Counted from the first letter of the stretch, positions 50,809-61,491 are shown. The stretch is 64,000 bases of DNA from an uncultured Chloroflexia bacterium (GCA_963797095.1 CAWCNY010000004.1:384001-448000); one strand, 5' to 3'. Notes: generated by a model not told the origin, from the letters alone. Numbers and translations are program-made.

Positions 50809-52845
50809 GTGGATATGACCTGGGAAGATCTGGCTAACTTTGGCATCACGTTGATCCTCTGGATAGCCATCACACTCCTCGTTTACTTATTGCTGTTCCG
50901 TTGGCTGCGCGTGCTGGTTGGACGTACCAGTTTCGACGCCGACAATATCGTCCTGAGCACGATCCGCGTGCCGGCGATCGTGGCTGTCGCCGCCTACGGT
51001 CTCGTGCAGGCCCTCGATCAGTGGCAGTTTGCCGCCTCCGTCACCCACTTTATCCGCGATGCCTACATTGTCATCCTGATCGCGGCCATTTCCTACCTCG
51101 GCTGGCGCATCGTCAAGGAAGTGGTCTTGCGATGGCTGTCCCGTCGCGCCAACGAAACAGACAGCAGGATAGATGACCTCGTGGTGCCGCTCATCGGCAC
51201 TGTTGGACCCCTCATCTTTTTCCTGGTAGCCCTCACCTCTATTCTCCAGTACCTCGGCATTGACGTGGGCCTGCTGGCCGCCAGCCTCGGCATCGTCGGC
51301 CTGGTGATCGGGCTGGCGTTCCAGGATTCGCTCACCAACCTCTTCAGCGGCATATACCTGATGATCGACCCATCGTTCGTGGAGAACGACCTCGTCGAGG
51401 TTGGCGGCAATGTCTACACTGTTGAGAAGGTGGGCCTGCGCATGACGCGCATGTACGACATGGAGACCCACACCCTCATCTTCGTTCCCAACAAGCAGCT
51501 CACAGGCGAGCAGATCGCCAACATCACCAGGCCCACCATCGATCTAAAGATCAAGATGTCGGTCAGTATGCCGAGTTCGACCGATCCGGTGCGTGCGATA
51601 ACCATTTTGCACGATGTGATATCCAGCCACCGCAATGTGCTGGGCATACCGGAAGTGAAGCTGGAGGCGCTTCGCAAGCGCATTGATGATCTGATCCAGC
51701 GAGACCCCGCCATCGTGCAGGGCGAACGAGCGCCCACTCTGACGGCTGCTTTCAGTGCCCTGGAAAGCTGGCTGGCGGGCGATGCAGGCACAGAAGAGGA
51801 CCATGCTCGCCTGGTCGATGTTCGTAGAGAAATGAACGATCGCCTGACCGATGCACAGACGGCGTTGCGCAAGTTGCCGCGCGGTAGGCTGGCAGGCGAT
51901 GATCTGGAGCGCCTGCACCAGGCGCTTGGGGGACACTCAAATTCTGTCGAAGAGATCAGCGAAAACCGCATAGAGCGGCTGAATAAGGCATTTGACGCGG
52001 TCAAACAGCGCTATGCTGGCCCTGAGCTGGCACCTCTGGCTGCCGCAATCACACGCCTCAATGAGTTGGACGCCGTTGAGGACGAATTGGAAGCCACCGT
52101 CAACGGCCTGGAAAAGGCCCGCGAAGCCGAATTGGACCGCCTTATGGCTGCATTGGTGTGGGCCGGCGATTGGCTTGCCGAGGAAATGATCGCACATGGG
52201 CACCGCGACGAGGCGGCCCGTATCTCTTTGTGGGTGCGAACTATGGCCGGCCTCTACTCAGAGATCGAAGCAATCGAGTCGGTAGATGGGCTGGATCGCG
52301 AGTTGGCTAAACTGGCTGATTGGCTGCGCGAGATGGAGCAGGGCGGCCTTACCAACGCCGAGCGCGCACGAATACGCACGCTGTTTGGTTCGTGGGGCGG
52401 CCTCAAGCAAATGGAGGTAAGGCGCATAAACGAATTGAGGCGCAGGGTCACACGCTGGATGGATTGGAAAGAGAAGGACACCCTCTCGCGGATCGAATAT
52501 GAAAACCTCCTTCTTCAGTGGGAGCGCAAGTTGCGCCTCCTCAGCAAAAAGATTCCCGACACAGGCATAAGAGACGAGGACGCCCTGGATACCGAGTTGG
52601 TCGCCACCCGCAAGTGGGCCCAATCGGTCCAATTCATGGAGCGCCTTCCTGAGTGGAAGCTCCCGTCCATCACCGTGCGCTCTTTCGATAGCTCCTCGAT
52701 GGAATACACGCTGATTTTCAACGTGGACGACATCAAGCAGCAGCATTTCGAGCGGGCGGCCTACGTCAAGAGCGGTATCCTCCTCGACCTCTTTGAAGCC
52801 TGCAAGCGCGAAGGAATAGAGGGTCCAAGCGCGAAAGTGGCGTAG
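50809..52845 (+). CDS. MscS-family mechanosensitive channel with a large helical insertion
   Basis: IGLAFQDSLTNLFSG, VGLRMT and FVPNKQL; the C-terminal FDSSSMEYTL...EGIE segment is displaced by about 340 aa. Confidence 0.85.
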   Translation: MDMTWEDLANFGITLILWIAITLLVYLLLFRWLRVLVGRTSFDADNIVLSTIRVPAIVAVAAYGLVQALDQWQFAASVTHFIRDAYIVILIAAISYLGWRIVKEVVLRWLSRRANETDSRIDDLVVPLIGTVGPLIFFLVALTSILQYLGIDVGLLAASLGIVGLVIGLAFQDSLTNLFSGIYLMIDPSFVENDLVEVGGNVYTVEKVGLRMTRMYDMETHTLIFVPNKQLTGEQIANITRPTIDLKIKMSVSMPSSTDPVRAITILHDVISSHRNVLGIPEVKLEALRKRIDDLIQRDPAIVQGERAPTLTAAFSALESWLAGDAGTEEDHARLVDVRREMNDRLTDAQTALRKLPRGRLAGDDLERLHQALGGHSNSVEEISENRIERLNKAFDAVKQRYAGPELAPLAAAITRLNELDAVEDELEATVNGLEKAREAELDRLMAALVWAGDWLAEEMIAHGHRDEAARISLWVRTMAGLYSEIEAIESVDGLDRELAKLADWLREMEQGGLTNAERARIRTLFGSWGGLKQMEVRRINELRRRVTRWMDWKEKDTLSRIEYENLLLQWERKLRLLSKKIPDTGIRDEDALDTELVATRKWAQSVQFMERLPEWKLPSITVRSFDSSSMEYTLIFNVDDIKQQHFERAAYVKSGILLDLFEACKREGIEGPSAKVA

Positions 52846-52960
52846 TCGGTAGTCGGTAGTCGGAAGTTCCTGGTTCCTGGTTCAATCGCTATCAGCCGGT
52901 AGTCGCCGCTCTGCTAGGGGCTACCGGCTACCGGCTACCGGCTACCGACTACCGACTACC
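52843..52960. repeat. Inverted heptamer arrays (GTAGTCG x3 ... CTACCGG/CTACCGA x5) able to form a long hairpin
   Basis: Seen directly; the two arrays are reverse complements of each other. Confidence 0.8.
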
Positions 52961-52986
52961 CCCTCGCCCGTCTGCTATAATAAGCT

Positions 52987-55944
52987 ATGGATGCCGTTGG
53001 CCTGAGTCTGGCGCGCCCACTAGCCCTGTTATTCCTCCTCGCGCTGGTACCTCTGGCCGTGTACCTCTCTCGCACAAGTATGGCTCTGATGAGGCCACGC
53101 AGGCGGCGCTGGAGCCTGGCCCTACGTATCGCCCTCATTACCCTGCTCGTCCTGGCTCTCTCCGGCTTGAGCGTCGTTCGTGCCGCAGACCGCCTTTCAG
53201 TGGTCTTCCTCGTTGACCGCTCGGATAGCATCTCCGCGGAAGCGCGTGCCCTCCAGGCCCAGTACATCAACTCAGCCATAGAGGGCATGAAGGAAGGCGA
53301 CGCAGCCGGGGTGGTCGTCTTTGGGGCCGATGCCCTCGTAGATCGCCCCGTGACGACCGATCACTCGCCGCCAGACCTCGTAAGCAAGCCCATTCCCACC
53401 TACAGCAACGTGGAAGATACCATCCGCCTCGGCCTATCCATCCTCCCCTCCGATACTGCGAGACGGCTAGTCCTTCTCTCTGACGGCAAGGAGAACCTGG
53501 GTAGCGCCGAATGGGCCGCAAGGCTTGCCGCGGCCAACGGCGTGCCCCTCGATGTGGTGCCCCTCTCGTCGGAGAGCGGCCCGGAGGTATGGCTTGATAA
53601 CCTGTCTGCCCCCTCTCCGGTGCGCGAAGGTGAGAGTGTATCGCTCGAAGTGAGCGTCGACAGCAGCACCGATACCACTACCACGCTCACGCTCTACGAA
53701 GACGGTCTACCCATCACCTCACAGGCTGTGACGCTCGTCAGCGGCACCAACAAGTTCGTCCAACAGCTTCCCCCTGCCACCAGGGGCTTCCATACATATT
53801 CCGCGACAGTCGATTCCCCGCAAGGGGCAGACACTCGCCGTGAAAACAACCGCTACAGCGCTTTCTCTCTCGTGCTGGGCAAGCCACACATCCTGATCGT
53901 CGAAGGTCACGACGGGGAATCGTCTGCCCTACAGGCGGCGCTCTCGCCCAGCGTGTCCGCCGATGTGGTCGCGCCGGAAGCCATGCCGCAGGACATTCCG
54001 GCCCTGGCAGGCTACGATGCCGTGATACTGGTGAACGTGCCCGCCTCCAGCCTCACCCAGGTTGGCATGGAAAACCTCCAAACCGTCGTGCGGGAGCTGG
54101 GGAAAGGGCTGATAGTGATCGGGGGCGATGAAAGTTACGCCGCCGGAGGCTACTTCCGCACACCCATAGAGGAGATGCTTCCTGTTGATCTCCATCTCCC
54201 TTCCAAACTCGATATTCCAACGGTGGCGATGGTGATGGTGATCGACAGGTCGGGCAGCATGATGGAGGCCCACGGTAGCGGAATTGGCATTGCTAAGATC
54301 GAGCTTGCCAAGGAGGCTGCCGCCCAGGCTGTAGCCCAGCTAAGCGAGCGCGACTATGCAGGAGTTATCACCTTTGACAGCGCGGCGGATTGGGTGGTCA
54401 ACCTGCAACCCCTCGGCGACCCGGCCATGTTCAAGAGCAAGATCGGGAGTATCTCAGCCGGGGGTGGCACCAATATCTATTCGGGGCTGGCACCCGCCGT
54501 CGACGCCCTGATTGCAAGCAAGGCCAAGAGCCGCCATATAGTCCTTCTGACCGACGGCGTATCCGAGCCTGGCGATTATGACGGGCTTCTCGCCAAGATG
54601 GCGGACAACAACATCACGCTTTCGACAGTTGCCGTCGGGCTCGATGCCGACACCAACCTGATGACGTACCTTGCCCAAAAGGGCAACGGCAACTACTACT
54701 ACACCGAAGACGGCAACGCTCTCCCCCAGATATTCGCCCACGAGAGCCACATAGCCTCCCGTTCCTACCTGATTGAGCATCCGTTTGTGCCTGAGCGCAC
54801 CTCGCCCTCTCCCATCCTTGACGGGCTTGGCGGCCTCCCTTCATTGCAGGGCTACGTGGGCACCTCACCCAGGCCAGGTGGGCAAATATCCCTTGTGTCC
54901 GATGCCGGGGACCCTGTGCTCGCTCAATGGCAGTACGGCCTGGGCCGGGTAGTTGCCTGGACCTCCGACGCTAAAGGCCAATGGGCCAAGGATTGGGTGG
55001 GGTGGGACGATTTCGCTCGCTTCTGGGCGCAGACCCTGAGATGGACCACGGGCACCCAGTCAGGAGGTGAATTGCAGCCTCGCATAGCGCTCGAAGGCAG
55101 TACGGCCCGCATCACAGTCGATGCGTCCTCTCCCGATGGGCAATATCTGAACGACCTGGACGTAAGCGCCGTGGCGGTCAGCCCCGGCAGCATTACCTCT
55201 ACAGTTACCCTCCGCCAGGTGGCCGCCGGGCGCTACGAAGGGACGTTCCAGGCCACCGAGGAAGGTGCCTACCTGGTGCGGGTAGGCGCGACAGGCGGCC
55301 AGGCAGGGGCCAACCTGAGCCAGACGCTTGGCGTGGTCGTGCCCTACTCACCCGAATACAAGGGCAATGCCACCGATGATGGGCTGCTGGCACGTCTCGC
55401 CACACTTACAGTCGGGCGGCAGCTTCTACTCGCTGACACCAAAGCGCCGTTTGAGCACAACATCCAGGACGTGCGTACGAGTACCGACCTTTGGCCTCTG
55501 CTTCTGCTGCTGGCTATCCTCCTTCTCCCGTTCGATATTGGAGCGCGCCGCATAAGAGTCACGCGAGCCGACCTATCGGAGTGGGTTGCCGAGGTGCGCC
55601 GCAGGTTGGGTCTTGCCCCACGCCACCCTGTACCCGTGGGTGCCGGGCAGGCCACCACACCCGAGTTGGCTGCTATGATGGGTGCGAAATCGAGGGCGCG
55701 TGACCGCAGCGCAAGCGCAAATCCACGCGCTGCCACCCGTGAACAAAAGCTGGTAGAAGAGCCGCAAACCCCCACATGGATCGCAGACCTGAACGCAAGC
55801 AATACCGGCCGTTCCCGAAGCAATGAGGTGCCGGAGTCTCCACAGCCCGTAAGGATTGAGCCATCGCCGGCACCAACGTCCGAAGCGCCAGGAGAAGACG
55901 AATCCCTGGCCGCCAGGCTACGCCGGGCGAGAGAAAGACGCTGA
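52987..55944 (+). CDS. Membrane protein with two vWA domains and a glutamine-amidotransferase-like domain
   Basis: DRSDS and DRSGS MIDAS motifs, LLSDG, LLTDG, GGDESYAAGGY and WQYGLGR; TGcTATAAT 5 nt before the ATG. Confidence 0.85.
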   Translation: MDAVGLSLARPLALLFLLALVPLAVYLSRTSMALMRPRRRRWSLALRIALITLLVLALSGLSVVRAADRLSVVFLVDRSDSISAEARALQAQYINSAIEGMKEGDAAGVVVFGADALVDRPVTTDHSPPDLVSKPIPTYSNVEDTIRLGLSILPSDTARRLVLLSDGKENLGSAEWAARLAAANGVPLDVVPLSSESGPEVWLDNLSAPSPVREGESVSLEVSVDSSTDTTTTLTLYEDGLPITSQAVTLVSGTNKFVQQLPPATRGFHTYSATVDSPQGADTRRENNRYSAFSLVLGKPHILIVEGHDGESSALQAALSPSVSADVVAPEAMPQDIPALAGYDAVILVNVPASSLTQVGMENLQTVVRELGKGLIVIGGDESYAAGGYFRTPIEEMLPVDLHLPSKLDIPTVAMVMVIDRSGSMMEAHGSGIGIAKIELAKEAAAQAVAQLSERDYAGVITFDSAADWVVNLQPLGDPAMFKSKIGSISAGGGTNIYSGLAPAVDALIASKAKSRHIVLLTDGVSEPGDYDGLLAKMADNNITLSTVAVGLDADTNLMTYLAQKGNGNYYYTEDGNALPQIFAHESHIASRSYLIEHPFVPERTSPSPILDGLGGLPSLQGYVGTSPRPGGQISLVSDAGDPVLAQWQYGLGRVVAWTSDAKGQWAKDWVGWDDFARFWAQTLRWTTGTQSGGELQPRIALEGSTARITVDASSPDGQYLNDLDVSAVAVSPGSITSTVTLRQVAAGRYEGTFQATEEGAYLVRVGATGGQAGANLSQTLGVVVPYSPEYKGNATDDGLLARLATLTVGRQLLLADTKAPFEHNIQDVRTSTDLWPLLLLLAILLLPFDIGARRIRVTRADLSEWVAEVRRRLGLAPRHPVPVGAGQATTPELAAMMGAKSRARDRSASANPRAATREQKLVEEPQTPTWIADLNASNTGRSRSNEVPESPQPVRIEPSPAPTSEAPGEDESLAARLRRARERR

Positions 55945-56014
55945 TCTGCTACCTCGCCACGCGCCACCGAGTATGCTATAAAAGTACGACTTTCACACCC
56001 AGGAGGGGCATCAT

Positions 56015-56374
56015 ATGAGCGACAACGCCGTTGACACCTGCATCTTCTGCAAGCTAGCCAAGGGGCAGGTGCGCGCCGAGATCATTTTGCAAGACGACAA
56101 GCTAATCGCCTTTAGAGACATCCACCCCCAGTCCCCCGCCCACGCGCTGGTGGTCCCGCGCAAACACATCACAGCCCTGTGGGACACCGACCAGGACGAC
56201 CAAATGCTGCTGGGGCATATCCTCCTGGCATGCAATGAGGTCGCCCAGGAGTTGGGGGTAGCCGAAAGCGGCTACAGAGTTGTGATCAATTCCGGTCCAG
56301 ACGCCGGTCAGAGCGTGGATCACCTGCACTTCCATGTCCTCGGAGGGCGCACACTGCAATGGCCTCCGGGCTAG
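56015..56374 (+). CDS. Histidine triad (HINT) nucleotide-binding protein
   Basis: CIFC, FRDIHPQ, GQSVDHLHFHVLGGR and WPPG. Confidence 0.95.
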   Translation: MSDNAVDTCIFCKLAKGQVRAEIILQDDKLIAFRDIHPQSPAHALVVPRKHITALWDTDQDDQMLLGHILLACNEVAQELGVAESGYRVVINSGPDAGQSVDHLHFHVLGGRTLQWPPG

Positions 56375-56384
56375 GATGCTCCCC

Positions 56385-58994
56385 CTACCTCGTCACGCAG
56401 TCGGGGAAGAACACCAGCACCACCATCTTGGCTGCTTGCGCCCTGGTCACATTGCTCGATGGATGGAATGTGCCATCCGGATAGCCGTTGATTGCACCCG
56501 CGTTGTACATCGTCTCAACATAGTCGTAGAAGGTCGAGCCTTCGGCAACATCGGAGAAGTGTGGGCCTCCGCCCGTGTTGACCGGTAGGACAGCCGCCAT
56601 CACGACTATCTTCGCCATCTGGCCCCTGGTAGCCTGCCCGCCCGGCCTGAAATACGGCATGCTGGCTGCCCCGCAAGGCTCACCCGGCCCCCCGCACGCG
56701 TAACCTGAAATCACACCGTGCATGTATAACTGCCCGATCCACGGGTAGAAAGTGCTTGCAGGGCTTACATCCTCAAACGACTGCTCACTCACCACATCAT
56801 CAAACCCTGCCGCCATAGCTACGATCTTCGCTATCTGGCCTCGCGTGATCTCGTTGTTGGGCCTGAACGTGCCATCGCTATACCCTCCGATGATACCGTG
56901 ACAGTAGAGACAATGCACAAAAGCATAGTACCAATCGGTTTCCGTCACATCGCTAAAGCTCATCGTGCAGCTGGTAGCTGTAGCCGTAGCAGTTGTAACG
57001 GCCGTATCGGTCGGTAACTCTATCGCGGTGCCTGTAGGCTCAATGACTGGCGTTTCGGTCGCTTCGACTGCCGTCGCTGTGCCGGTGGGGGCAGCGACCG
57101 TATTGGTGGGCGTGCTGGTCGGAGTGTCCGTGGCAACTTCTGTTGGTGTACTTGTCGGCACTGGCGTAGACGTGGGCGTGCTCGTTGATGTATGCGTCGG
57201 AGTGTTCGCAATCGCTGTATTGGTGCCGGTGGGTAGCATTGTATAGGTGGGTGCTACCGTGGGAGTGGTGAGAGGGCAGCTGGCCGTAACGGTCACATTG
57301 ATATCAACGGCGTTTGCCATATTGTCCGCCATATCGAACGCTCTGGCCTTGATCGTGACAGGGCCGCTGGACATTATGTTCCACTCGTACGACCAGTTAT
57401 CGGTCCCTCCTGCCGTGTGCCAGGTGCTGCCATTGTCCACGCTGACTTCCACGCGCTGGAGGCCGCTCCAGTAGTCATGCGCTGTACCTGTAATAGTGAT
57501 CGCGCACCCGTCGATCTCCTGCCCGTTCGCCGGGCTGGTGATCACAGGCACATCCGGATTGTAAGGGTCAAGGCTTGGGTCAGGCTGGAAGGTGTCAGTG
57601 TTCACGGCATTTACAACCAGGCCGAACTTCATGTCGCCCGCGTAGAGGCAGGTACGTTGCAGGCCGCGCAGGTTGCACGGCAGCCAATCCACACCCCACA
57701 CATCGTCCCATGAGCCGCTTGTGTCCGAGTTGAGTTGCTGCCGGAATACCTGGGTGATCGTGGGCGGGTTTTCGATGGTATTTATCAGGTTGCCCCTGAT
57801 GCCCGCTCTGTACCAGGCGTCAAGCAGCAGGTCGAGGCCCGGACCCAGAGGCTTGATAACCATATTATGGGCGCGGTTGGAAGCAGCCACACTGTCACCG
57901 CCTACGATATCGGCCACAAATTGCGGGCTGCTGATATTGGAGATGTCGTACATCTTCACTTTGCCCAGGCTGGGGTTGTTGATGAATTCATCCTGGACGA
58001 ACACGTAGCGGTCGTCGGTTGTCGGCACGGCATGGTGTATCAAGAAACTGCTGGGTCGTATCGAGTCGAGCGGGTTGAGGGGCGTGGGTGTTGCTCCACT
58101 CACAAAAGCGTTCTCATCGAATATCTGAAGGCCGCCGTCCCAGTCGGCCACGTAAACCCTGCCACGCACCACATTTGAGTCGTGCGCGAAACCCGCCGAT
58201 GGGCGCTGGTAGCGGTTGACCTCGAAGATGTTCGCCAGATTATGGATATCCAGGGCTACAATCTTGGTTCCCGACCCCGACTCGCCCGACATGGTAAGCC
58301 AGGCATAGTCTGCGTTGCCGTTTTCGTCAAGCGATACGAAATGCTCATGCACCGTACACCAGTCAGCGCCCGATTTGCGCGTGACGAACTGCGGGTTATA
58401 CGGGTCGTTCACGTTGTACACGAAGAAACCGCAACCTGTGCCGGAGCCACGCATCGTTACCGACAAATACTGGTTGCCGTTCTGCTTCCAGTCGAAAATG
58501 GAAAGCGAAGCGGTGCCGCTCGAAGGGAAGCCCTCGTCGTGGAGGAGCACCGGATTGTAGGGGTCATCAACGTTGTAGATGAAGAACATCCTGTACTCGA
58601 AGCCGGAAAGCCCTACATAGTCATGTCCCTGATATTGCCAGGTGGCGACATCCCCCATCATCCAGTAGGGGGCGCAATTCGTATACGGATAAGCAATGGC
58701 GATGGGTGAGAGGCCTGCGAATGGTGGCTCAGGGATAAGCCCGCTACAGGGGTGCGACAATCCATCTGTATCGGTGGTGATGACCCCCGGCACGCTGGCG
58801 GAAGGTGGGCCCTGGTGAAGTTTATAGGCATCGGGAAATGGTGGGGGATTGAGCAGGTGGCCCGATGAGTCCGTGTCGAAGTTCGCCTGAGATCCTGTCA
58901 TCATGCCACCCAGGCCCGACGAGGCGACCCCCGACATGAGCAAAACGATGAGCACAGCGATGCCCGCCAACACATAGAGACGCCTGAACTTCAC
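56385..58994 (-). CDS. S-layer-anchored protein: LVIVD-type beta-propeller, Ig-like domain, Thr/Pro linker and three SLH domains
   Basis: Signal peptide; YVADWDGGLQIFD and YDISNISSP repeats; GYSDGTFRPNNEITRGQ and CGGPGEPC. Confidence 0.85.
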   Translation of the reverse strand: MKFRRLYVLAGIAVLIVLLMSGVASSGLGGMMTGSQANFDTDSSGHLLNPPPFPDAYKLHQGPPSASVPGVITTDTDGLSHPCSGLIPEPPFAGLSPIAIAYPYTNCAPYWMMGDVATWQYQGHDYVGLSGFEYRMFFIYNVDDPYNPVLLHDEGFPSSGTASLSIFDWKQNGNQYLSVTMRGSGTGCGFFVYNVNDPYNPQFVTRKSGADWCTVHEHFVSLDENGNADYAWLTMSGESGSGTKIVALDIHNLANIFEVNRYQRPSAGFAHDSNVVRGRVYVADWDGGLQIFDENAFVSGATPTPLNPLDSIRPSSFLIHHAVPTTDDRYVFVQDEFINNPSLGKVKMYDISNISSPQFVADIVGGDSVAASNRAHNMVIKPLGPGLDLLLDAWYRAGIRGNLINTIENPPTITQVFRQQLNSDTSGSWDDVWGVDWLPCNLRGLQRTCLYAGDMKFGLVVNAVNTDTFQPDPSLDPYNPDVPVITSPANGQEIDGCAITITGTAHDYWSGLQRVEVSVDNGSTWHTAGGTDNWSYEWNIMSSGPVTIKARAFDMADNMANAVDINVTVTASCPLTTPTVAPTYTMLPTGTNTAIANTPTHTSTSTPTSTPVPTSTPTEVATDTPTSTPTNTVAAPTGTATAVEATETPVIEPTGTAIELPTDTAVTTATATATSCTMSFSDVTETDWYYAFVHCLYCHGIIGGYSDGTFRPNNEITRGQIAKIVAMAAGFDDVVSEQSFEDVSPASTFYPWIGQLYMHGVISGYACGGPGEPCGAASMPYFRPGGQATRGQMAKIVVMAAVLPVNTGGGPHFSDVAEGSTFYDYVETMYNAGAINGYPDGTFHPSSNVTRAQAAKMVVLVFFPDCVTR

Positions 58995-59229
58995 GGTTGC
59001 GCTCCTTCTTCTCCTCCCTGCTGAGGATCAACGGAATGAAAAACACTCGGGAAAGACCCATCAAATGGGCGGGCAAGAACGGCTGTGAGGACTGGGTACA
59101 ATTATGCGGGAAACCCTACCTGTAGTCAATAGCGATTTCGACCTTCATCTAACAAGCCTCAAGGTGCCCGATGTACTTGATACCACACCCGATTTTGCAC
59201 ATCCCACAAGTCGGTCGTATAATTCCGGC

Positions 59230-59553
59230 ATGGCGATGATCTCGCGCAACTGGGTACGCATACTTAGCTGGGGGCTTGTGCTTGGCCTCCTGGCCAGCCT
59301 GATCGCCGATTGGGGAGAGTGGGATCGCTTCCTGCTCAACCTGCTCTGGCGCATACTCATAACCATCGCGGGCGGCGTGATCGGGATGATCCTCAACATC
59401 TTCGCCTCAGGCTATGTCAACATGGGTACCAACGTGATCGAGAGCATGGGCATCACCCGCTTCAGCAACGACACCGCCCAGAAAATCGAGAACTCGTTTG
59501 TGTTCGTACTCGCTCTTACCGCCGCTATTCTCTCGATGATCTTCATCACCTGA
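59230..59553 (+). CDS. Small membrane protein (3 TM)
   Basis: Hydrophobic ORF; TTGCAC-17-TATAAT lies 6 nt before ATG 59230. Confidence 0.65.
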   Translation: MAMISRNWVRILSWGLVLGLLASLIADWGEWDRFLLNLLWRILITIAGGVIGMILNIFASGYVNMGTNVIESMGITRFSNDTAQKIENSFVFVLALTAAILSMIFIT

Positions 59554-59574
59554 GTTTCCGGCATCTGAAAAGCG

Positions 59575-59630
59575 CTTACTGCGTATTGCTTATTGCGTAC
59601 TGCGTATTGCGTATTGCTTATTGCTTATTC
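59575..59630. repeat. Heptamer tandem repeat (TTGCGTA/TTGCTTA, about x7)
   Basis: Seen directly in the sequence. Confidence 0.85.
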
Positions 59631-59745
59631 CCCTATCCCAGATCCGCCGATTACCAACTACAAATTGTAGACCCTTGGCTAGCCGCCAACCAGTTTTTTG
59701 GGATTATGTGGGTCAGACGTTGGATTCGCCCTCACTTACTTAAAT

Positions 59746-60887
59746 ACTCACCTTACGCAGCCGAAGTGTTGAATGGTAGACTAAAGGGATGACGAACAAA
59801 GAACTGCTTGATCTGTACACTGACTACCTGATAAGCTCTTTCGGTCTGACCACCGGCACGGGCTTGAGCGCATTGCTGAGTGGAAGCGTGAGCCATGACC
59901 CCATTCAACGCTTCCTCTCCAAGGGAGAGTTCACCTCTGCTGACCTGTGGCATTTTGTCAAGCCTCATGTGCGAGCCGTTGAGCAAGAAGATGGGTGCAT
60001 CATCGTGGACAACTCCATCTCGGAGAAGCCGTACACAGATGAGAACGACATCATCGCCTGGCACTATGACCACTCCAAAGGCACAACGGTCAAGGGGATA
60101 AACTTCCTCTCGGCCTTGTACCATGTGCCTGAGTTGGAGGTGTCGCTGCCCGTGGGTTTTCGGTTGGTAAGAAAGACTGAGCAGTATGTGGACCCTAAAG
60201 ACGGCAAGACCAAGCGGCGTGATCCGGTCAGCAAGAACGAGCACTATCAGGCGTTGTTGCGGCAAGCCAAGCACAACCAAGTGTTGTTCCGCTTCGTGCT
60301 CAACTTCGTGCTCAATGACGTGTGGTATGCCTCGGCGGACAATATGCGCTTCGTCAAAGTCGAATTGGAGGGGGATTTCATCATGCCTCTCAAGACCAAC
60401 CGCAAGGTGGCCTTTACCGAGGGAGACAAACGACAGGGTCGGTACATGCGTGTGGACAGTGTGCCGCTGGAGACGGGTGAGGTGCGGACGGTCTATCTTG
60501 AAGGGATAGACTTCCCCTTGATATTGGTCAAGCAACTCTTCGCAAACGAAGATGGTGGTCAAATCACCCAGTATCTGGTGTGCTCGGATGTGACATGCAC
60601 CTTCGACCAAATCACCACAATCTACCAGAGACGGTGGAACGTGGAAGAGTATCACAAGTCGCTGAAGCAGAATGCTTCTTTGGAACGCTCGCCAACTCAC
60701 ACAGTGTGCACCCAGACCAACCATTTGTTTGCCTCTTTGTGTGGGTACGTCAAGCTCGAATTGTTGAAGCTGTCCAATCATCTCAACCACTTTGCTCTAA
60801 AGAGCACTATCTACTTGCGTGCCATGCAGGTCGCCTTTGATACCTTCCGCCAACTTCAACCTGTTCGCCTGGCTGCGTAAGGTGAGT
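59746..60887 (+). mobile_element. IS701-family insertion sequence
   Basis: Perfect 17-bp terminal inverted repeats ACTCACCTTACGCAGCC (59746-59762) and GGCTGCGTAAGGTGAGT (60871-60887) around a DDE transposase. Confidence 0.9.
59789..60880 (+). CDS. IS701-family DDE transposase
   Basis: SHD...RFL, EKPYTDEN, NDVWYAS and YQRRWNVEEYHKSLKQN; the stop codon lies in the right IR. Confidence 0.88.
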   Translation: MTNKELLDLYTDYLISSFGLTTGTGLSALLSGSVSHDPIQRFLSKGEFTSADLWHFVKPHVRAVEQEDGCIIVDNSISEKPYTDENDIIAWHYDHSKGTTVKGINFLSALYHVPELEVSLPVGFRLVRKTEQYVDPKDGKTKRRDPVSKNEHYQALLRQAKHNQVLFRFVLNFVLNDVWYASADNMRFVKVELEGDFIMPLKTNRKVAFTEGDKRQGRYMRVDSVPLETGEVRTVYLEGIDFPLILVKQLFANEDGGQITQYLVCSDVTCTFDQITTIYQRRWNVEEYHKSLKQNASLERSPTHTVCTQTNHLFASLCGYVKLELLKLSNHLNHFALKSTIYLRAMQVAFDTFRQLQPVRLAA

Positions 60888-60963
60888 TAATGACATTGGC
60901 AGGGCAAAACTGGACAGGTTTAGGGTCGTACTTAAGTACAGTTTTGGGGAATTGCTCTTGACC

Positions 60964-61491
60964 GTGGACAAGCTTCGCATCTACACCATTGGCCACAGCA
61001 ACGCCTCCGCAGGCGCCTTCATTGCCTTGTTGCTAAACAACGGCGTGGAGGCGCTTGTGGACGTGCGTAGCTCACCGTATAGCCACTACACGCCCCATTT
61101 CAATCGCGAGACCCTGGCGGGTATTATTGCGGAAGCCGGAGTAGGCTACCATTATGTGGGCGACTATCTGGGTGGGAGGCCCAAAGACCCCACGTGCTAT
61201 AAGCATGGCAAGGTGCCGACCGGCAAGGTGGACTACTTGAAAGTTGTCGATTACGCCGAAGTCGCCAAGCGTCCCTGGTTCCGGAAAGGCATAGAAAGGC
61301 TGCTGGCGATAGCAGGCGAGCGACATACCGCCATCATGTGCAGCGAGGAAGACCCCCATAGCTGTCATCGCTACCACCTTGTAACCCCGGTGCTTGAACT
61401 AGATGGTATAGAAGTTGTGCATATACGGCACAAGTCGCAGCAAGCCGATATCGATCCCACCCAACCCCAACAGGCAAGCATGTTCGAATGA
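60964..61491 (+). CDS. DUF488 family protein
   Basis: IYTIGHS, LVDVRSSPYS, LGGR and MCSEEDPHSCHR. The start is uncertain (60952 or 60964). Confidence 0.88.
   Translation: MDKLRIYTIGHSNASAGAFIALLLNNGVEALVDVRSSPYSHYTPHFNRETLAGIIAEAGVGYHYVGDYLGGRPKDPTCYKHGKVPTGKVDYLKVVDYAEVAKRPWFRKGIERLLAIAGERHTAIMCSEEDPHSCHRYHLVTPVLELDGIEVVHIRHKSQQADIDPTQPQQASMFE

Larger units (their letters stand above)
59721..60946 (+). repeat. Dispersed 79-bp repeat, copy B, split by the IS (59721-59743 plus 60891-60946)
   Basis: The joined halves align without gaps to copy A (62/79 identical, counted by hand). Confidence 0.78.
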
